A stretch of DNA of 64,000 bases from a virus. Made by a program: the position numbers and the translations under genes. Where the stretch lies: positions 1-64,000 of IMG/VR virus record IMGVR_UViG_3300010412_000002; one strand, given 5' to 3'. The notes under the pieces were generated by a model. The model was not told where the DNA came from. It made no database searches and saw only the letters and a list, made by a program, of their open reading frames with translations. Shown here piece after piece: positions 1 to 9,900 of the stretch. The first letter of the stretch is position 1. The number at the start of each line of letters is the position of its first letter.

Positions 1-174
1 CTATTTCTTCTGGCACCGCTGTAATTCGATTTGCCAGCCCAAAACGTCTTCCACGAAACTTATTATTGGTACCAAGTCCCTCTGTAGGTTCGTATGGGAC
101 ACAGTATTCAACTCGGTGAGTTTCCCAAAATTCATTGTAGGCCAGAATTAAAGTAATATTTTTCATAATGGAAA

Positions 175-212
175 TTAAAAAAGGGGAACTCGGAATGAAC
201 CGGGCTCCCCTT
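175..212 (-). terminator. Rho-independent terminator
   Basis: Minus strand AAGGGGAGCCCGG-TTCATT-CCGAGTTCCCCTT followed by a T-run, just downstream of ORF 233..820. Confidence 0.7.
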
Positions 213-232
213 CGTTATTAACGCTAACCAAT

Positions 233-820
233 TTATGCAGCAGTATCTAGGACTTTATCGACTTTGACTCCCATTACAGCATTGAACATGCCATAGTACA
301 TAAACATACTTACTCGAAAGATTTCTAGCATTGTAATCTGATTGATATTCAACGCTTTATCGAGGATGTTCCGAGCTGCAGTTAGATGCAGCTTAGGTGG
401 AATGTACCGCCACTTCTGGGTGTGTTGAAAATGTGGCTGTGATAGTTCGATGAGATACTTATAAAAGTTTAAGTACCCATCAATCTTAGGCAAGTTACTA
501 GTAATTCTCTTAGAGTTAGACTGCAATTGAATCGCAGGGTACTCTTCGTCGCTTGTAGTTTGACGATGTAGATCTTCTAAATACTTTTCATAAACCTTAC
601 GAGGAATGTCCAAGTATTGAAGACTCCATGTCAGCGGAGTTAATCGACGCATTGATTTTGCAATCGCAACGCCTTGTTGATCAAGTCCTAGAAGTTTGCG
701 TGCTTGTTCTTCGGCATCGCGAGGATCCCCTTCCATGAGGGACTGAACGTCTTGCGAAGGTACTCCAGCTATTACCCCGGCTACCTTTGCAATTAGTTTG
801 TTTGGACTGAAATGTGACAT
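233..820 (-). CDS. hypothetical protein
   Basis: 195-aa ORF, co-oriented and tightly packed in the minus-strand operon. Confidence 0.6.
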   Translation of the reverse strand: MSHFSPNKLIAKVAGVIAGVPSQDVQSLMEGDPRDAEEQARKLLGLDQQGVAIAKSMRRLTPLTWSLQYLDIPRKVYEKYLEDLHRQTTSDEEYPAIQLQSNSKRITSNLPKIDGYLNFYKYLIELSQPHFQHTQKWRYIPPKLHLTAARNILDKALNINQITMLEIFRVSMFMYYGMFNAVMGVKVDKVLDTAA

Positions 821-832
821 GTGACTGAAATT

Positions 833-1381
833 TTAAGGTAACAAATAATCAAGTACTTCGGTCTCCTTACAAGGAATAGACCATACTTCGGCATTTTCAG
901 GTAGTCTCGTTGCAAGCCGATCTTCCCATTCATCTCGAATCTCATCTGATTTATCTAATACCAAACGAGCTTTATTCTTATGATATGGGTCCATTGAATT
1001 GGAACTGTACATTGGGTGCTTATCTTCAACAAACCCTCTGTCAATCATCGAATATTTACCTTTAAGAAAAGGGTCTATTACGGATCGCTGAAAAGATTCG
1101 TCAAGAGAAAACAAATATACAGATACATTATCTAAAATAATTCTATCAATGAATTTATCGTGCTGCTCAATCTCTTGGATGCGCTTGTCAGATATACTAT
1201 AGTTGTCAAATACAACGTATAGATATCTACCATAAACGTCGTTTAGGTGTTTGCTCCAGCCTAAATAGGAATTTACAAATCCATCCCTTTTTAGATCTTG
1301 GAAAGAACCAGTAAAATTCAATACTGGCAAAATAAAATGTGTAGTTTTACTGTAGTCCATTGAAGGATATTTCAAATTCAC
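833..1381 (-). CDS. hypothetical protein (replication module)
   Basis: 182-aa ORF overlapping the end of the exonuclease gene; no motif recognised with certainty. Confidence 0.6.
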   Translation of the reverse strand: MNLKYPSMDYSKTTHFILPVLNFTGSFQDLKRDGFVNSYLGWSKHLNDVYGRYLYVVFDNYSISDKRIQEIEQHDKFIDRIILDNVSVYLFSLDESFQRSVIDPFLKGKYSMIDRGFVEDKHPMYSSNSMDPYHKNKARLVLDKSDEIRDEWEDRLATRLPENAEVWSIPCKETEVLDYLLP

Positions 1382-2411
1382 CTTTGTTGTCTAGATACTC
1401 CTTAGAATACTCCCAATAATTGTTTAAATTATGGAACTTCCAAGCGTCTAGTAGTTCAACAAAGCCTTTATATTTTCTTCCATCTATCTTCCCTCCATGT
1501 ATACCAAGTTCGTGTGTCTCAGGGGTTGTATAAAAAATAAACGCTGGTAGCCCAATATGGTTGGGGCGTTTTTCCGTAACAATAAATCTCATATTATCTA
1601 TTTCATAATCTGCAACTTCCATTGGAAGATTATAGAAATTAAGAAATTGTTCAGGATTATCTCGTAGTACTTTCTTCAACCCCTCTACATAGAATGCTCC
1701 TTGGAGGTAGTATCCATGCATAAGAAACGTACTTGCAAAGTTTGTAACACGTCTAGCAGTAGTCTTAAGATCAAAAGGATAAATCTTTTTTTCATCGTAA
1801 TTGATCATTAGTCCATCTAGCGCACCTTTGCACTTAGTATCATTCCAATCAAATAGAACGACAGCTTGATGTACTAAACGAATACTTGGATCATTAGATT
1901 GAAAGTATTGTCTTGTAAATGCGTTGTTTAGTATCTGACTGGCACAATACGTTACTTGGTCATATTCTTCGGCGGAAATTATGGATTTTCCGTGTGCTTG
2001 TTTCCTGGAAATATAATATTCCCTATTACGCTGAGTTTCCCAGAGTCTCTTAATAGCTAAGCTCTTAGGAATAACATAGCCACTTGCTTCGTACGCTTCA
2101 TCGTAAGCGCTTTGCGGACTATTCTCAGTTAAATCAAGTGGGAGGTTGTCTATAAATATAGTCATTAATCCTCCTGGTCTATTCAACGTACCGATCATAT
2201 ATAGATCGTTGAATTGACCTTTATTTGTAAGCAGTGTATCAATGGCGCCCCCAACACGAAAGTGAGTTTTTTCCTCATCTTCCGCGTCGGGGTTTTCCAT
2301 GCGCCATTTAATCCATCTAGGATTGTCAAGTTGTTTCAGAGTAGAAACGTTTACTGCCGGATGTGCGCGGTAGTCCTTGATGTCTATCATCCAAGTACCG
2401 ACATTAACCAT
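1347..2411 (-). CDS. PD-(D/E)XK exonuclease (RecE/exonuclease VIII-like)
   Basis: N-terminal YRAHPAVNVSTLK, then CKGALDGL...FDLKTT and YYLQGAFY motifs typical of phage RecE-type nucleases; the real start may be 2390. Confidence 0.8.
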   Translation of the reverse strand: MVNVGTWMIDIKDYRAHPAVNVSTLKQLDNPRWIKWRMENPDAEDEEKTHFRVGGAIDTLLTNKGQFNDLYMIGTLNRPGGLMTIFIDNLPLDLTENSPQSAYDEAYEASGYVIPKSLAIKRLWETQRNREYYISRKQAHGKSIISAEEYDQVTYCASQILNNAFTRQYFQSNDPSIRLVHQAVVLFDWNDTKCKGALDGLMINYDEKKIYPFDLKTTARRVTNFASTFLMHGYYLQGAFYVEGLKKVLRDNPEQFLNFYNLPMEVADYEIDNMRFIVTEKRPNHIGLPAFIFYTTPETHELGIHGGKIDGRKYKGFVELLDAWKFHNLNNYWEYSKEYLDNKGEFEISFNGLQ

Positions 2412-2695
2412 TGTATTACTGCTGTAAATACGGTGGCTCCGACAAGGATTCCGAATGCGAACCCTTTCCAGCGGGCGCTCGAGACCTTTGCTGCCATGAG
2501 ATCTTTGGTGCTCACATCTTCTACCTTGGTATCATCCATGATCCTTTTGAGTCGATTGTGGGCATCATAGTAGGCTTTCTCCATACCTTCGTAGTACTTA
2601 GCGATTTTTTCGCCGTCTTCGATGTCCTTGTGAGTTTGTGCCTGTTTGTACAGTGCTTTCAGGTCTTTGAGTAACTGACTTAACTGTTTCTCCAT
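2387..2695 (-). CDS. small protein with C-terminal transmembrane helix
   Basis: Helical N-terminus and hydrophobic C-terminus FAFGILVGATVFTAVIQWL. Confidence 0.55.
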   Translation of the reverse strand: MEKQLSQLLKDLKALYKQAQTHKDIEDGEKIAKYYEGMEKAYYDAHNRLKRIMDDTKVEDVSTKDLMAAKVSSARWKGFAFGILVGATVFTAVIQWLMSVLG

Positions 2696-3113
2696 TTGAT
2701 TGGATTTGTTTTATTAAATGTATTGATTCGAGGATCTCTTTTTTATTAGTGGGTTTTAAGAGTAAAGGAACATTTCCTTTCTTCATTAATTCCAACTGAA
2801 AGAGTTTCCATTTCAACTTAAATTCTGGAGTCTCGTATCCTTTGGTTTCGATGACCCAGCCTTTCCCTATAAAATCTGGAGTGTACGAAACTCTCCTAAT
2901 CGTTCCTGTGGAAGGGCCGTATATTTTTTTCTTTTTCCGTGTTTTCTTTTCGTAAATAATCCCGGGATATTTATCCCCTTCAACCAATGTTATTTCGTAA
3001 GGTTCGTACTGAAATTCTATGCCGTGTTGAGCCAGCAACATTGCGCACGTAACCTCTAACATTGACCGATACTGTACACCCTTATAGGTTTTAATTTGAT
3101 TCTTATATTTCAT
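2598..3113 (-). CDS. PD-(D/E)XK endonuclease (T7 endonuclease I / DUF1064-like)
   Basis: YRSMLE...FQYEP...YTPDF...VIETKG motif series; start reassigned to MKYKNQ at 3113. Confidence 0.75.
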   Translation of the reverse strand: MKYKNQIKTYKGVQYRSMLEVTCAMLLAQHGIEFQYEPYEITLVEGDKYPGIIYEKKTRKKKKIYGPSTGTIRRVSYTPDFIGKGWVIETKGYETPEFKLKWKLFQLELMKKGNVPLLLKPTNKKEILESIHLIKQIQSNGETVKSVTQRPESTVQTGTNSQGHRRRRKNR

Positions 3114-3195
3114 TTCTTTTTCAGGCTCACTTAACATGGTACCTAAATGTACTAATTTTTTCCTGAAAGGTAAAATGATATAATTGGCAATGTTT

Positions 3196-3876
3196 TTACC
3201 AATTAATAGAAGTCTTTCCTTTGGCAACAAGTTCATTATTAACTTTTTCAAAACAGCCTGACCCCAGAAAAGCCGGAGCACTATTAGATGCTTTACGTGC
3301 CGAGAAAGGTGAAGGGTGTGTGGTTTTTATTACAACCGCTGTAGGATTAGTGATGATACTACCAGTAATTTCATGTGCAAAACTGCCCCATGATAGATAA
3401 ACTATATCATCTTGTTTGTTTAATACCTGAAGTAATTCCGATATAACATTTTCCCAATATTTACTATGGGAATTTGGTTTACCTTTCTCTACAGATAGAG
3501 CAGTATTTAGGAGTAATACTCCTTGATCTGCTAAATGCCCCAACCAGCTATCATATCCCATAGTTGGAACATAATTATCTTGCGCCCATGTGGTAACCAT
3601 CTCTGTAATAATATTCCTAAGAGACGGAGACATTTTATCTCCATCTACTATATTGTCGAAGGCTAAACCTGTAGCAGATCCGTCATGATACGGATCTTGT
3701 CCGAGTATTACTACCTTAACGTCCTTAGGAGCCATTTTAAGGGCCTTATAACGATTTTCTGGAGAAGGATATACAGTTACCTCAAGTCTAGCTAAAAAGT
3801 TTTCTATGGCTTCTATACGTTTATTATCTATTCCCCAGTCTTTATGGGGGACTGCAATGTTTTTGTTCTTACCCAT
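3196..3876 (-). CDS. ung: uracil-DNA glycosylase, family 1
   Basis: VVILGQDPYH, GLAF, SPSLRNI, QGVLLLNTALSV and HPSP motifs. Confidence 0.95.
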   Translation of the reverse strand: MGKNKNIAVPHKDWGIDNKRIEAIENFLARLEVTVYPSPENRYKALKMAPKDVKVVILGQDPYHDGSATGLAFDNIVDGDKMSPSLRNIITEMVTTWAQDNYVPTMGYDSWLGHLADQGVLLLNTALSVEKGKPNSHSKYWENVISELLQVLNKQDDIVYLSWGSFAHEITGSIITNPTAVVIKTTHPSPFSARKASNSAPAFLGSGCFEKVNNELVAKGKTSINW

Positions 3877-4123
3877 TGATTCTTCCTTTGAGTATGTATT
3901 TTCCTAGCGTTGTTGTGCTCGTTCCGATACTGTTTGCAATATCAGATAACGACCATCTTGTCCGGAGCTGAAACTCATCTGCTATTTTTGCCAAGTCTAC
4001 ATAATTCCCATGGAAAAAGCAGCGTTGCATAGCATCAAGTGTTAGCTCCATCCTCTCCTGATATGACATCAGATAGGGAAGTTTCTCCCCCACTGGGATA
4101 GTGATGGTATTTGCCATTAGCAA
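3869..4123 (-). CDS. small helix-turn-helix protein
   Basis: WSLSDIANSIGTSTTTLGKYI fits an HTH pattern. Confidence 0.55.
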   Translation of the reverse strand: MLMANTITIPVGEKLPYLMSYQERMELTLDAMQRCFFHGNYVDLAKIADEFQLRTRWSLSDIANSIGTSTTTLGKYILKGRING

Positions 4124-5081
4124 TCATTTTATCTATTAATTCCTTGGTAGCCTCTCTACCATATTTTGCATGAAAGTCAGAGATATCTTTAACTCCGTAT
4201 TTCTTAGGTATAAGCAGGTAAGGAATATCAAGTTCTTTGCTTCGTAATTCCGAACTTCTAATGCCCACCTCATCATTATCATAGAGCAAAAACGCTTGAT
4301 CGTGGGTCATTAGAAGGGCACGGAATTTCGGAGTGTTTATCCGAACAGTTTCAGAGCTAGGAGCAGTAGAAGTGTAGCCGAGCGAAAGGAGGACCAATGC
4401 GTCCTTTGCCGACTTTGTGATAATAAGGGTATCTCCCAGGAAGGGTAGTCGATCATAGAAGGCGGCGTCTTCCCTTTTTGCGAAAGATAACCACCGACTA
4501 CTCTTTCGAGTTTCCCTAGGACGATAATACTTAGCAGCTGGAAGTCCATATGGTAAACGATAGATTGGATTTCCCTCAGCATATTCCCAACGAAGCTTTC
4601 CATTTATATAAACAGTTTTGACGGATTGAATTCCGTAGTGAAGTAAAAGCTCTTTTGTAATACCGTATTGATTCCAGTATTCTAGGTCTTCAGGTGTAAA
4701 GTCTTGTTCTTCAAATGTTACTTCACGAACACGTTTAATATCTTTCTGCTTCTCTACAGCTTCCTCTACTTTAGCTGTATTTAGTTCGACTTTAAAATCT
4801 TTTTCAATTAGTCGGATAGCTTGCCAAAAACTTATTCCGTACTTTTCCATAACTACTGCAAAGCAATCATAAGTTTTTTCTTTTGCATAATCGTAAAAAT
4901 ATAATCTACCAGTTTTTTGACTTCTTGCAAAAGTACAACCTGGGTGCTTGTCATTTCGTAATGGATTTGTTACTTGTCCTTTATAATCAGGATCTCGATC
5001 GAGGTAGTGCTTAAATATAGCCTCTTCACCTATACGATCTAGAAGATACTTTTTATAAAATCTTGACCATTCATTATTCAT
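4035..5081 (-). CDS. DNA primase (DnaG/TOPRIM type)
   Basis: N-terminal NPLRNDKHPGCTF..YDCF; TOPRIM ITKSAKDAL, LYDNDEVG, KDISDF; ATG start at 5081. Confidence 0.85.
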   Translation of the reverse strand: MNNEWSRFYKKYLLDRIGEEAIFKHYLDRDPDYKGQVTNPLRNDKHPGCTFARSQKTGRLYFYDYAKEKTYDCFAVVMEKYGISFWQAIRLIEKDFKVELNTAKVEEAVEKQKDIKRVREVTFEEQDFTPEDLEYWNQYGITKELLLHYGIQSVKTVYINGKLRWEYAEGNPIYRLPYGLPAAKYYRPRETRKSSRWLSFAKREDAAFYDRLPFLGDTLIITKSAKDALVLLSLGYTSTAPSSETVRINTPKFRALLMTHDQAFLLYDNDEVGIRSSELRSKELDIPYLLIPKKYGVKDISDFHAKYGREATKELIDKMIANGKYHHYPSGGETSLSDVISGEDGANT

Positions 5082-5093
5082 GTTTTCGTTTTG

Positions 5094-5126
5094 TGGGGGA
5101 GCAGGCGACTTTTCACCTGCCCCCAA
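5094..5126 (-). other. GC-rich hairpin between the large ncRNA candidate and the primase start
   Basis: GGGGGCAGGTGA-AAAG-TCGCCTGCTCCCCC; no U-tract, so a processing or stability hairpin rather than a classic terminator. Confidence 0.55.
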
Positions 5127-5159
5127 CGCTTATTTTGCTACCACTTTGGTCCTCTTTTT

Positions 5160-5986
5160 CGTGTAAATCAGACACGATATTAGGACTATAAACGAGTGGG
5201 AGTATCAGAGTTAACAGATTAAAATAATGTTTGTAAAACATATGTACTGAGATGATACTGGGGACACAACCAATATTTCCCTCATGATCACAAGCTATTT
5301 CTCAGGTATTCAAGAGATGTAAAAGATCAGATGAGTTACTAAGTCATCTGACAACGGGAGTAAGAACATTATCTTCTTGCAACCAGAGGTCTCCAGCCTA
5401 CCATTCACATAACTATTCCACCCAATTAATCACTTGGTCTTTATACATAAGGCATTGGGGCGCTAAGCCAATTGCACTTTACATTCATCTTAATATCGCA
5501 GACTTACTTTAGGAGTGTGGTATCCAGTACCAAGCTGCTTTTGAATTCGTACCGTTAGAATTCATACACATCACTGCTTTAGCTAGCTTACGCTATCTGC
5601 TTTTTAACGAAGTCTTATCAATACATTGGACCAATGTATTAACAGTGTGTATCATACTATATCTCCATACGGGTAATGTAAGACCTCCCTGGCATATCGG
5701 GTGTATGCATAGGCGCGTATGTTTGTGATATAATATGCCTAGTCTCTGTGTTCTAAGACAGAGGTTCTTCGCTTAGATTAAATACATTTCAATATAGCAT
5801 TCCAGACGGCCATACTATAAGTGAGCATTACGCCAAACAGGCGATATGAACGTGTTCCGAGCAAACCAAAACAGTTCCTTTATTCTCTCTGTATTTAATT
5901 CCAGTAGTAGTATCACACTCTATCTACAATATCTGTCTCTCGCTTGGGGCGAGACTTGATATCCCACGCTCAATTGCGATTTACGT
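5160..5986 (-). ncRNA. candidate large structured non-coding RNA (about 825 nt)
   Basis: No ORF of 60 aa or more in any frame. Nested long-range pairs: 5163-69/5978-84, 5196-5207/5957-67, 5214-19/5931-36, 5231-37/5923-29, 5249-59/5909-20. About ten internal hairpins. Confidence 0.75.
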
Positions 5987-5991
5987 AATAG

Positions 5992-6546
5992 TTAGAACAG
6001 TGTGAAAGAATCTCCTGTTGCAGGCTTATTCTCCTTCGGCTTCATGGCTTTTAACTCGTAAGTCGAATACTTCAACGTAGGAGGGAGATCTGAACGATAC
6101 CGCTCGGCATATGGGGCGAAGCGAGGGAATTCAGACCAGCTGGGTTCGTCCTTATGCTGGACTAGCTTCAGATTGATCGGATATACGCCACCATTTTTTA
6201 GTGCGTCAACCGTCAACTTGGCTACATCCCCATATCCGCTCACGTTATCCGGGAGTTCGGCATCAGTGGATGAGACAACATACTGCAGGAGCAATTTGGA
6301 CTTGTCGCTTACAGAACGCTGATATGCATCTTCCCTAGTCTCTCCATCTTTCGGATAGACATATTTGTCGTCCGGATCGAAGATACGATCCTTCTTAGTC
6401 CTCCCAAACGAATCAGTTAGAAGAATATCTACAAAGTTTGTTCCTCGGTCGGCCCCAGAGATAGACACATTGCTGTGAATACCTGCCGGGATCGTCGTAC
6501 CACCACCTTTAATCTGGTTAACTTGTTCTTTCAGATTAATACTCAT
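5992..6546 (-). CDS. putative single-stranded DNA-binding/annealing accessory protein
   Basis: TTIPAGIHSNV N-terminus and short ...GDSFTLF tail, next to the Sak4-like ATPase; inferred from context. Confidence 0.45.
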   Translation of the reverse strand: MSINLKEQVNQIKGGGTTIPAGIHSNVSISGADRGTNFVDILLTDSFGRTKKDRIFDPDDKYVYPKDGETREDAYQRSVSDKSKLLLQYVVSSTDAELPDNVSGYGDVAKLTVDALKNGGVYPINLKLVQHKDEPSWSEFPRFAPYAERYRSDLPPTLKYSTYELKAMKPKENKPATGDSFTLF

Positions 6547-6548
6547 TG

Positions 6549-7220
6549 TTATACATTATGGTTATATTCGTCAATCGTGTCCAACAAAGTTTTGAGGTTT
6601 GCTGGAATCACTTTATTTTCAAACATACCTGCAGGCGTCTTTGCTAGCGGGTATTTTTTTGTCTTGTTTACTACTAACTGATATGTTTCAGTATCATCAT
6701 CATTAAAGACAACATTAGTGAATACACAAATTTCAGTTAGTTCAGCAGGATGATAATAATTTTTCATCATCTTACTGGGAACCTTGATCTCAGCACTTTG
6801 CATCCCATCATCAGAATCTTCTTGGTGGAATATCAAAATAACACGTAGATCTTGGCGCAGTTTTTCTACAGTATTCAGCACATAGAACATATGTTGTGCA
6901 AGACTTGAGAACTTATCAAAATTCTTTTCATCTGCGCGATCCATAAGCTCAGTATTTAAGATGTAATCAGCATCATCTACCACAATTGTTTTAATATGTG
7001 GCATATCTTTGCTAATTTTAATTAGAGCAGCAGAAACATGTTCATAGTTATTAGCTTGAATAATGTTTTTCTTTTCTGGAGAATACAATACCTTAGAACC
7101 TCTGAAAGGAAGGTTCTTACCTAGACAATTAATTACAAAAGTTGTGTCGGAGTCTAGGGTAGATATCATAGTTGATTTGCCAGTATTAGATCTACCAGCG
7201 ACGATTAAACTAGTTGCCAT
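6549..7220 (-). CDS. AAA_24 / Sak4-like ATPase
   Basis: Walker A GRSNTGKST, Walker B IVVDD, C-terminal AKTPAGMF. Confidence 0.8.
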   Translation of the reverse strand: MATSLIVAGRSNTGKSTMISTLDSDTTFVINCLGKNLPFRGSKVLYSPEKKNIIQANNYEHVSAALIKISKDMPHIKTIVVDDADYILNTELMDRADEKNFDKFSSLAQHMFYVLNTVEKLRQDLRVILIFHQEDSDDGMQSAEIKVPSKMMKNYYHPAELTEICVFTNVVFNDDDTETYQLVVNKTKKYPLAKTPAGMFENKVIPANLKTLLDTIDEYNHNV

Positions 7221-8218
7221 TATATTTCTTCGCTTTTATTTTTATAGTCTAGCACACGGGAATGTGCGAAATCTTCTACCATCATTAAGACAGATGGTAG
7301 ACCCCCTCTACTTTTTAGCACATGCCAATAGATCATACTTTTACTCGGATCTCTCGGGTGCTTAGCGGGTAGCCCTGCTGGAAACTTTTCTCCTACTCCA
7401 TAGGAAGTGATACCAAGAGTAGAAGGATTATGTGTTACTATCACATAGTCTGATGAAAAGAAAATGGCAGACGCTCCAAAAAGATCACTACGTTGTGGAA
7501 AATGTAACTTCGGATTCAAAATTCGTTCTTTGTCTTCGATATCTCGGTTCAACTGCGATAACAATATAAATAAGATTTTCATATCGTCATGGTCAAACTG
7601 CTTTTTGATCTCGATGCACATCTCATACAAGGATTGTAGAGTAGAACGTTCTGATTCCCCCTGTTTTCCTCTTGTTAGAAGTACGTGGTCTAACGTTACA
7701 ATTAGTCCCTTATTGGACTCTTTGATCCTTTGCTCTTCAGCAAACTGCAGGATCGTCTCTCGAATATCATCCACAGTACCCATATTATCCACGTAGAATA
7801 TAGGGTATCTTCCAACACTATCAGCGATCTCTTTCACTTGTTTCATCTCCTCCTCTTCTAACGGGTCCTCCGCACCAAACAGCTTACGAGTGCTGATTTC
7901 CATCTTACCGGAAATGGTACGTGCGATTTGATCAGTAGAAAGCATCTCAAATTCAAACGACAATATGACGAAATCTTCATCCGGATTACAGTCAACAAAA
8001 TCTCTTTTCCACTGTTCAGCAATCATGGACTTACCAGATCCTGATAATCCCGCTAAAGTTACAATTTTATTCCACTCAAAGCCATTAAGAGTAATCCTAT
8101 TTAGCTTCTCGTGAGAGACCTTTAAGGAGCGATATCTGCCGTATCTTCGCCCTTCGATGTAGTCAATAGTCTTCTTCGCAGCATGGCTTATGTGCCGATA
8201 TTGCAATTTAGATGACAT
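7220..8218 (-). CDS. DnaB-like (SF4) replicative helicase
   Basis: AGLSGSGKS, SFEFEM, LDHVLL, LLSQLNRDIE and RSDLFGA motifs. Confidence 0.9.
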   Translation of the reverse strand: MSSKLQYRHISHAAKKTIDYIEGRRYGRYRSLKVSHEKLNRITLNGFEWNKIVTLAGLSGSGKSMIAEQWKRDFVDCNPDEDFVILSFEFEMLSTDQIARTISGKMEISTRKLFGAEDPLEEEEMKQVKEIADSVGRYPIFYVDNMGTVDDIRETILQFAEEQRIKESNKGLIVTLDHVLLTRGKQGESERSTLQSLYEMCIEIKKQFDHDDMKILFILLSQLNRDIEDKERILNPKLHFPQRSDLFGASAIFFSSDYVIVTHNPSTLGITSYGVGEKFPAGLPAKHPRDPSKSMIYWHVLKSRGGLPSVLMMVEDFAHSRVLDYKNKSEEI

Positions 8219-8792
8219 CTACGTCAAATTTAGGACTGTTATCTTGGCGATCTTCCCATAGAAGAAAGTCGCGATCACGTAGCCAACGTAGCGAATTTTT
8301 CATATACGTTAGCCTATTTTCACTTATAGAAGACATTTTAACTTCTTCTAGCTGCTTCTCCAATCCTCTAATAATATCTGATACTGAATACCCTTCAGAA
8401 ATAATATTAGCGAATTCAACCTTGCAGCGTTTTTTGTTATCCTTTAGGGATCTGGTGCCTGGAAAATGATTAACTTTATCCGTAGCCGGAAATACTTTCC
8501 AGAATTTTTCAAAATCTTCCTCTAGTTGGATATCTATTGGAAGAGATGATTCAGTGTCAATAATTGATGAGATGTATTGTCTGCCTTTATTGGTAAGACT
8601 ACTTGCCTCATCAATATATCCACTAAGTTGCAGTTCAGTTCGAATTTTTTCTGGGAAATACCTAGTAAATCCCTTTCCTTCAAACTTAGATAGTAGGAAC
8701 ATTGCATGTCCCATAGGTAATTCTCCTGCAATCATGTTGATTATATAGTCTTTATGGAGGAGAATTGAATCACTTGTAAGCATTACTCTCAT
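8208..8792 (-). CDS. putative replication initiator / helicase loader
   Basis: FEKFWKVFP and YMKNSLRWLRD motifs typical of phage replisome-organiser C-terminal domains; directly upstream of the helicase. Confidence 0.6.
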   Translation of the reverse strand: MRVMLTSDSILLHKDYIINMIAGELPMGHAMFLLSKFEGKGFTRYFPEKIRTELQLSGYIDEASSLTNKGRQYISSIIDTESSLPIDIQLEEDFEKFWKVFPATDKVNHFPGTRSLKDNKKRCKVEFANIISEGYSVSDIIRGLEKQLEEVKMSSISENRLTYMKNSLRWLRDRDFLLWEDRQDNSPKFDVDVI

Positions 8793-9835
8793 TCGAAGAG
8801 GCTAATTTGTTTGCTTATTTGCGCCAGGAATTTATGCGCTTCTGTGGCTGCTTGATATGCGCAATCCTCTGCTGTTTCAAACCCATAAAAGTCAGTATCA
8901 CCAGAGAATAGTAAATCTACTTTGGATTCTGTTATAAAGATATGATAATCCCAGTAGAGTATTCCATCTATATCCGATGCTGAAATATGAATAGATAACT
9001 CTTCTTGATCCCCAAAAGGAAGAACAAAATCAAGCTCATCATTCATTTCTACATCTAATCCATGGAGATGGCAAGTGTATGTGTTAAGATCTGGGAAGCG
9101 TGTTCTGTCTAACCAGGTTGTATTATCACATTCCTCGCATTGTATGTTCACAAACCTATCTCTGTTAGTTAGGTTAAATTCATCCAGGCAACTTTGACAG
9201 TAATGTTCCCCAAGAGAATTATTCATTATACGAGTATTATTTTCCATAACAGTTATTGGATAATATTCCCAGCATTGTTTGCAAATATCTGATGTAACAT
9301 GAGTATCACCTTTGTATAGGTTTTCATGTTCTTCAATTACATGATTACATTCATGACAAACACCTGCCCAACTAAGTAAAGTATCACTTATTCCGTGTTC
9401 AATCGGCATTCGTAGATACTTTGATCCATAAGGTTGCGAACAAAATACGCACAAATGGTGAAGTTCATTCCCCCATGCGTAGGCAGAAACATCATCAGGT
9501 AATGTTTCTGTTTTTAAATATTTACGAATCCTAGGATTCTTAACTGATGATGTATTTATGTGTCTTTTACCTTTCTTATTTACATGAGCTCGATATAGCT
9601 CTTCGTGGTCTTCACATAAAAATACCACCTGATCTACTACAGATCCATCCTCAAGGACTTCGTATAAATGTAGCGGATTTCTGGCGTCATTCATTTCATC
9701 GCAGAACGGACATAGCATATGTTTTTCTCCATAAGTTCCATAATCGGATAACTTTATGTCAGAAAAATCGTAATGTCCAGTTTCTAAGCTTTTAAAGAAT
9801 CTCTTATCACCAGATACTTTTTTATTTATTAACAT
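8789..9835 (-). CDS. multi-zinc-ribbon protein
   Basis: CPFC, CEDH, CVFC, CHEC, CKQC, CQSC, CEEC and CHLH knuckles; start reassigned to 9835. Confidence 0.6.
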   Translation of the reverse strand: MLINKKVSGDKRFFKSLETGHYDFSDIKLSDYGTYGEKHMLCPFCDEMNDARNPLHLYEVLEDGSVVDQVVFLCEDHEELYRAHVNKKGKRHINTSSVKNPRIRKYLKTETLPDDVSAYAWGNELHHLCVFCSQPYGSKYLRMPIEHGISDTLLSWAGVCHECNHVIEEHENLYKGDTHVTSDICKQCWEYYPITVMENNTRIMNNSLGEHYCQSCLDEFNLTNRDRFVNIQCEECDNTTWLDRTRFPDLNTYTCHLHGLDVEMNDELDFVLPFGDQEELSIHISASDIDGILYWDYHIFITESKVDLLFSGDTDFYGFETAEDCAYQAATEAHKFLAQISKQISLFE

Positions 9836-9900
9836 TTTATATAATTGAGGAGGGCAGGGCATTACGCCCCACCCACTCAGAATATTGCACACTTAATTGT

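Noticed and set aside
5127-5991. Group I or II intron, tmRNA or RNase P RNA as the explanation of the large gap
   Set aside because: The flanking genes look complete, so no ORF is interrupted. I could not see group II GUGYG/domain V, tmRNA tRNA-like ends or RNase P P4 motifs by eye. A covariance-model search is still needed.
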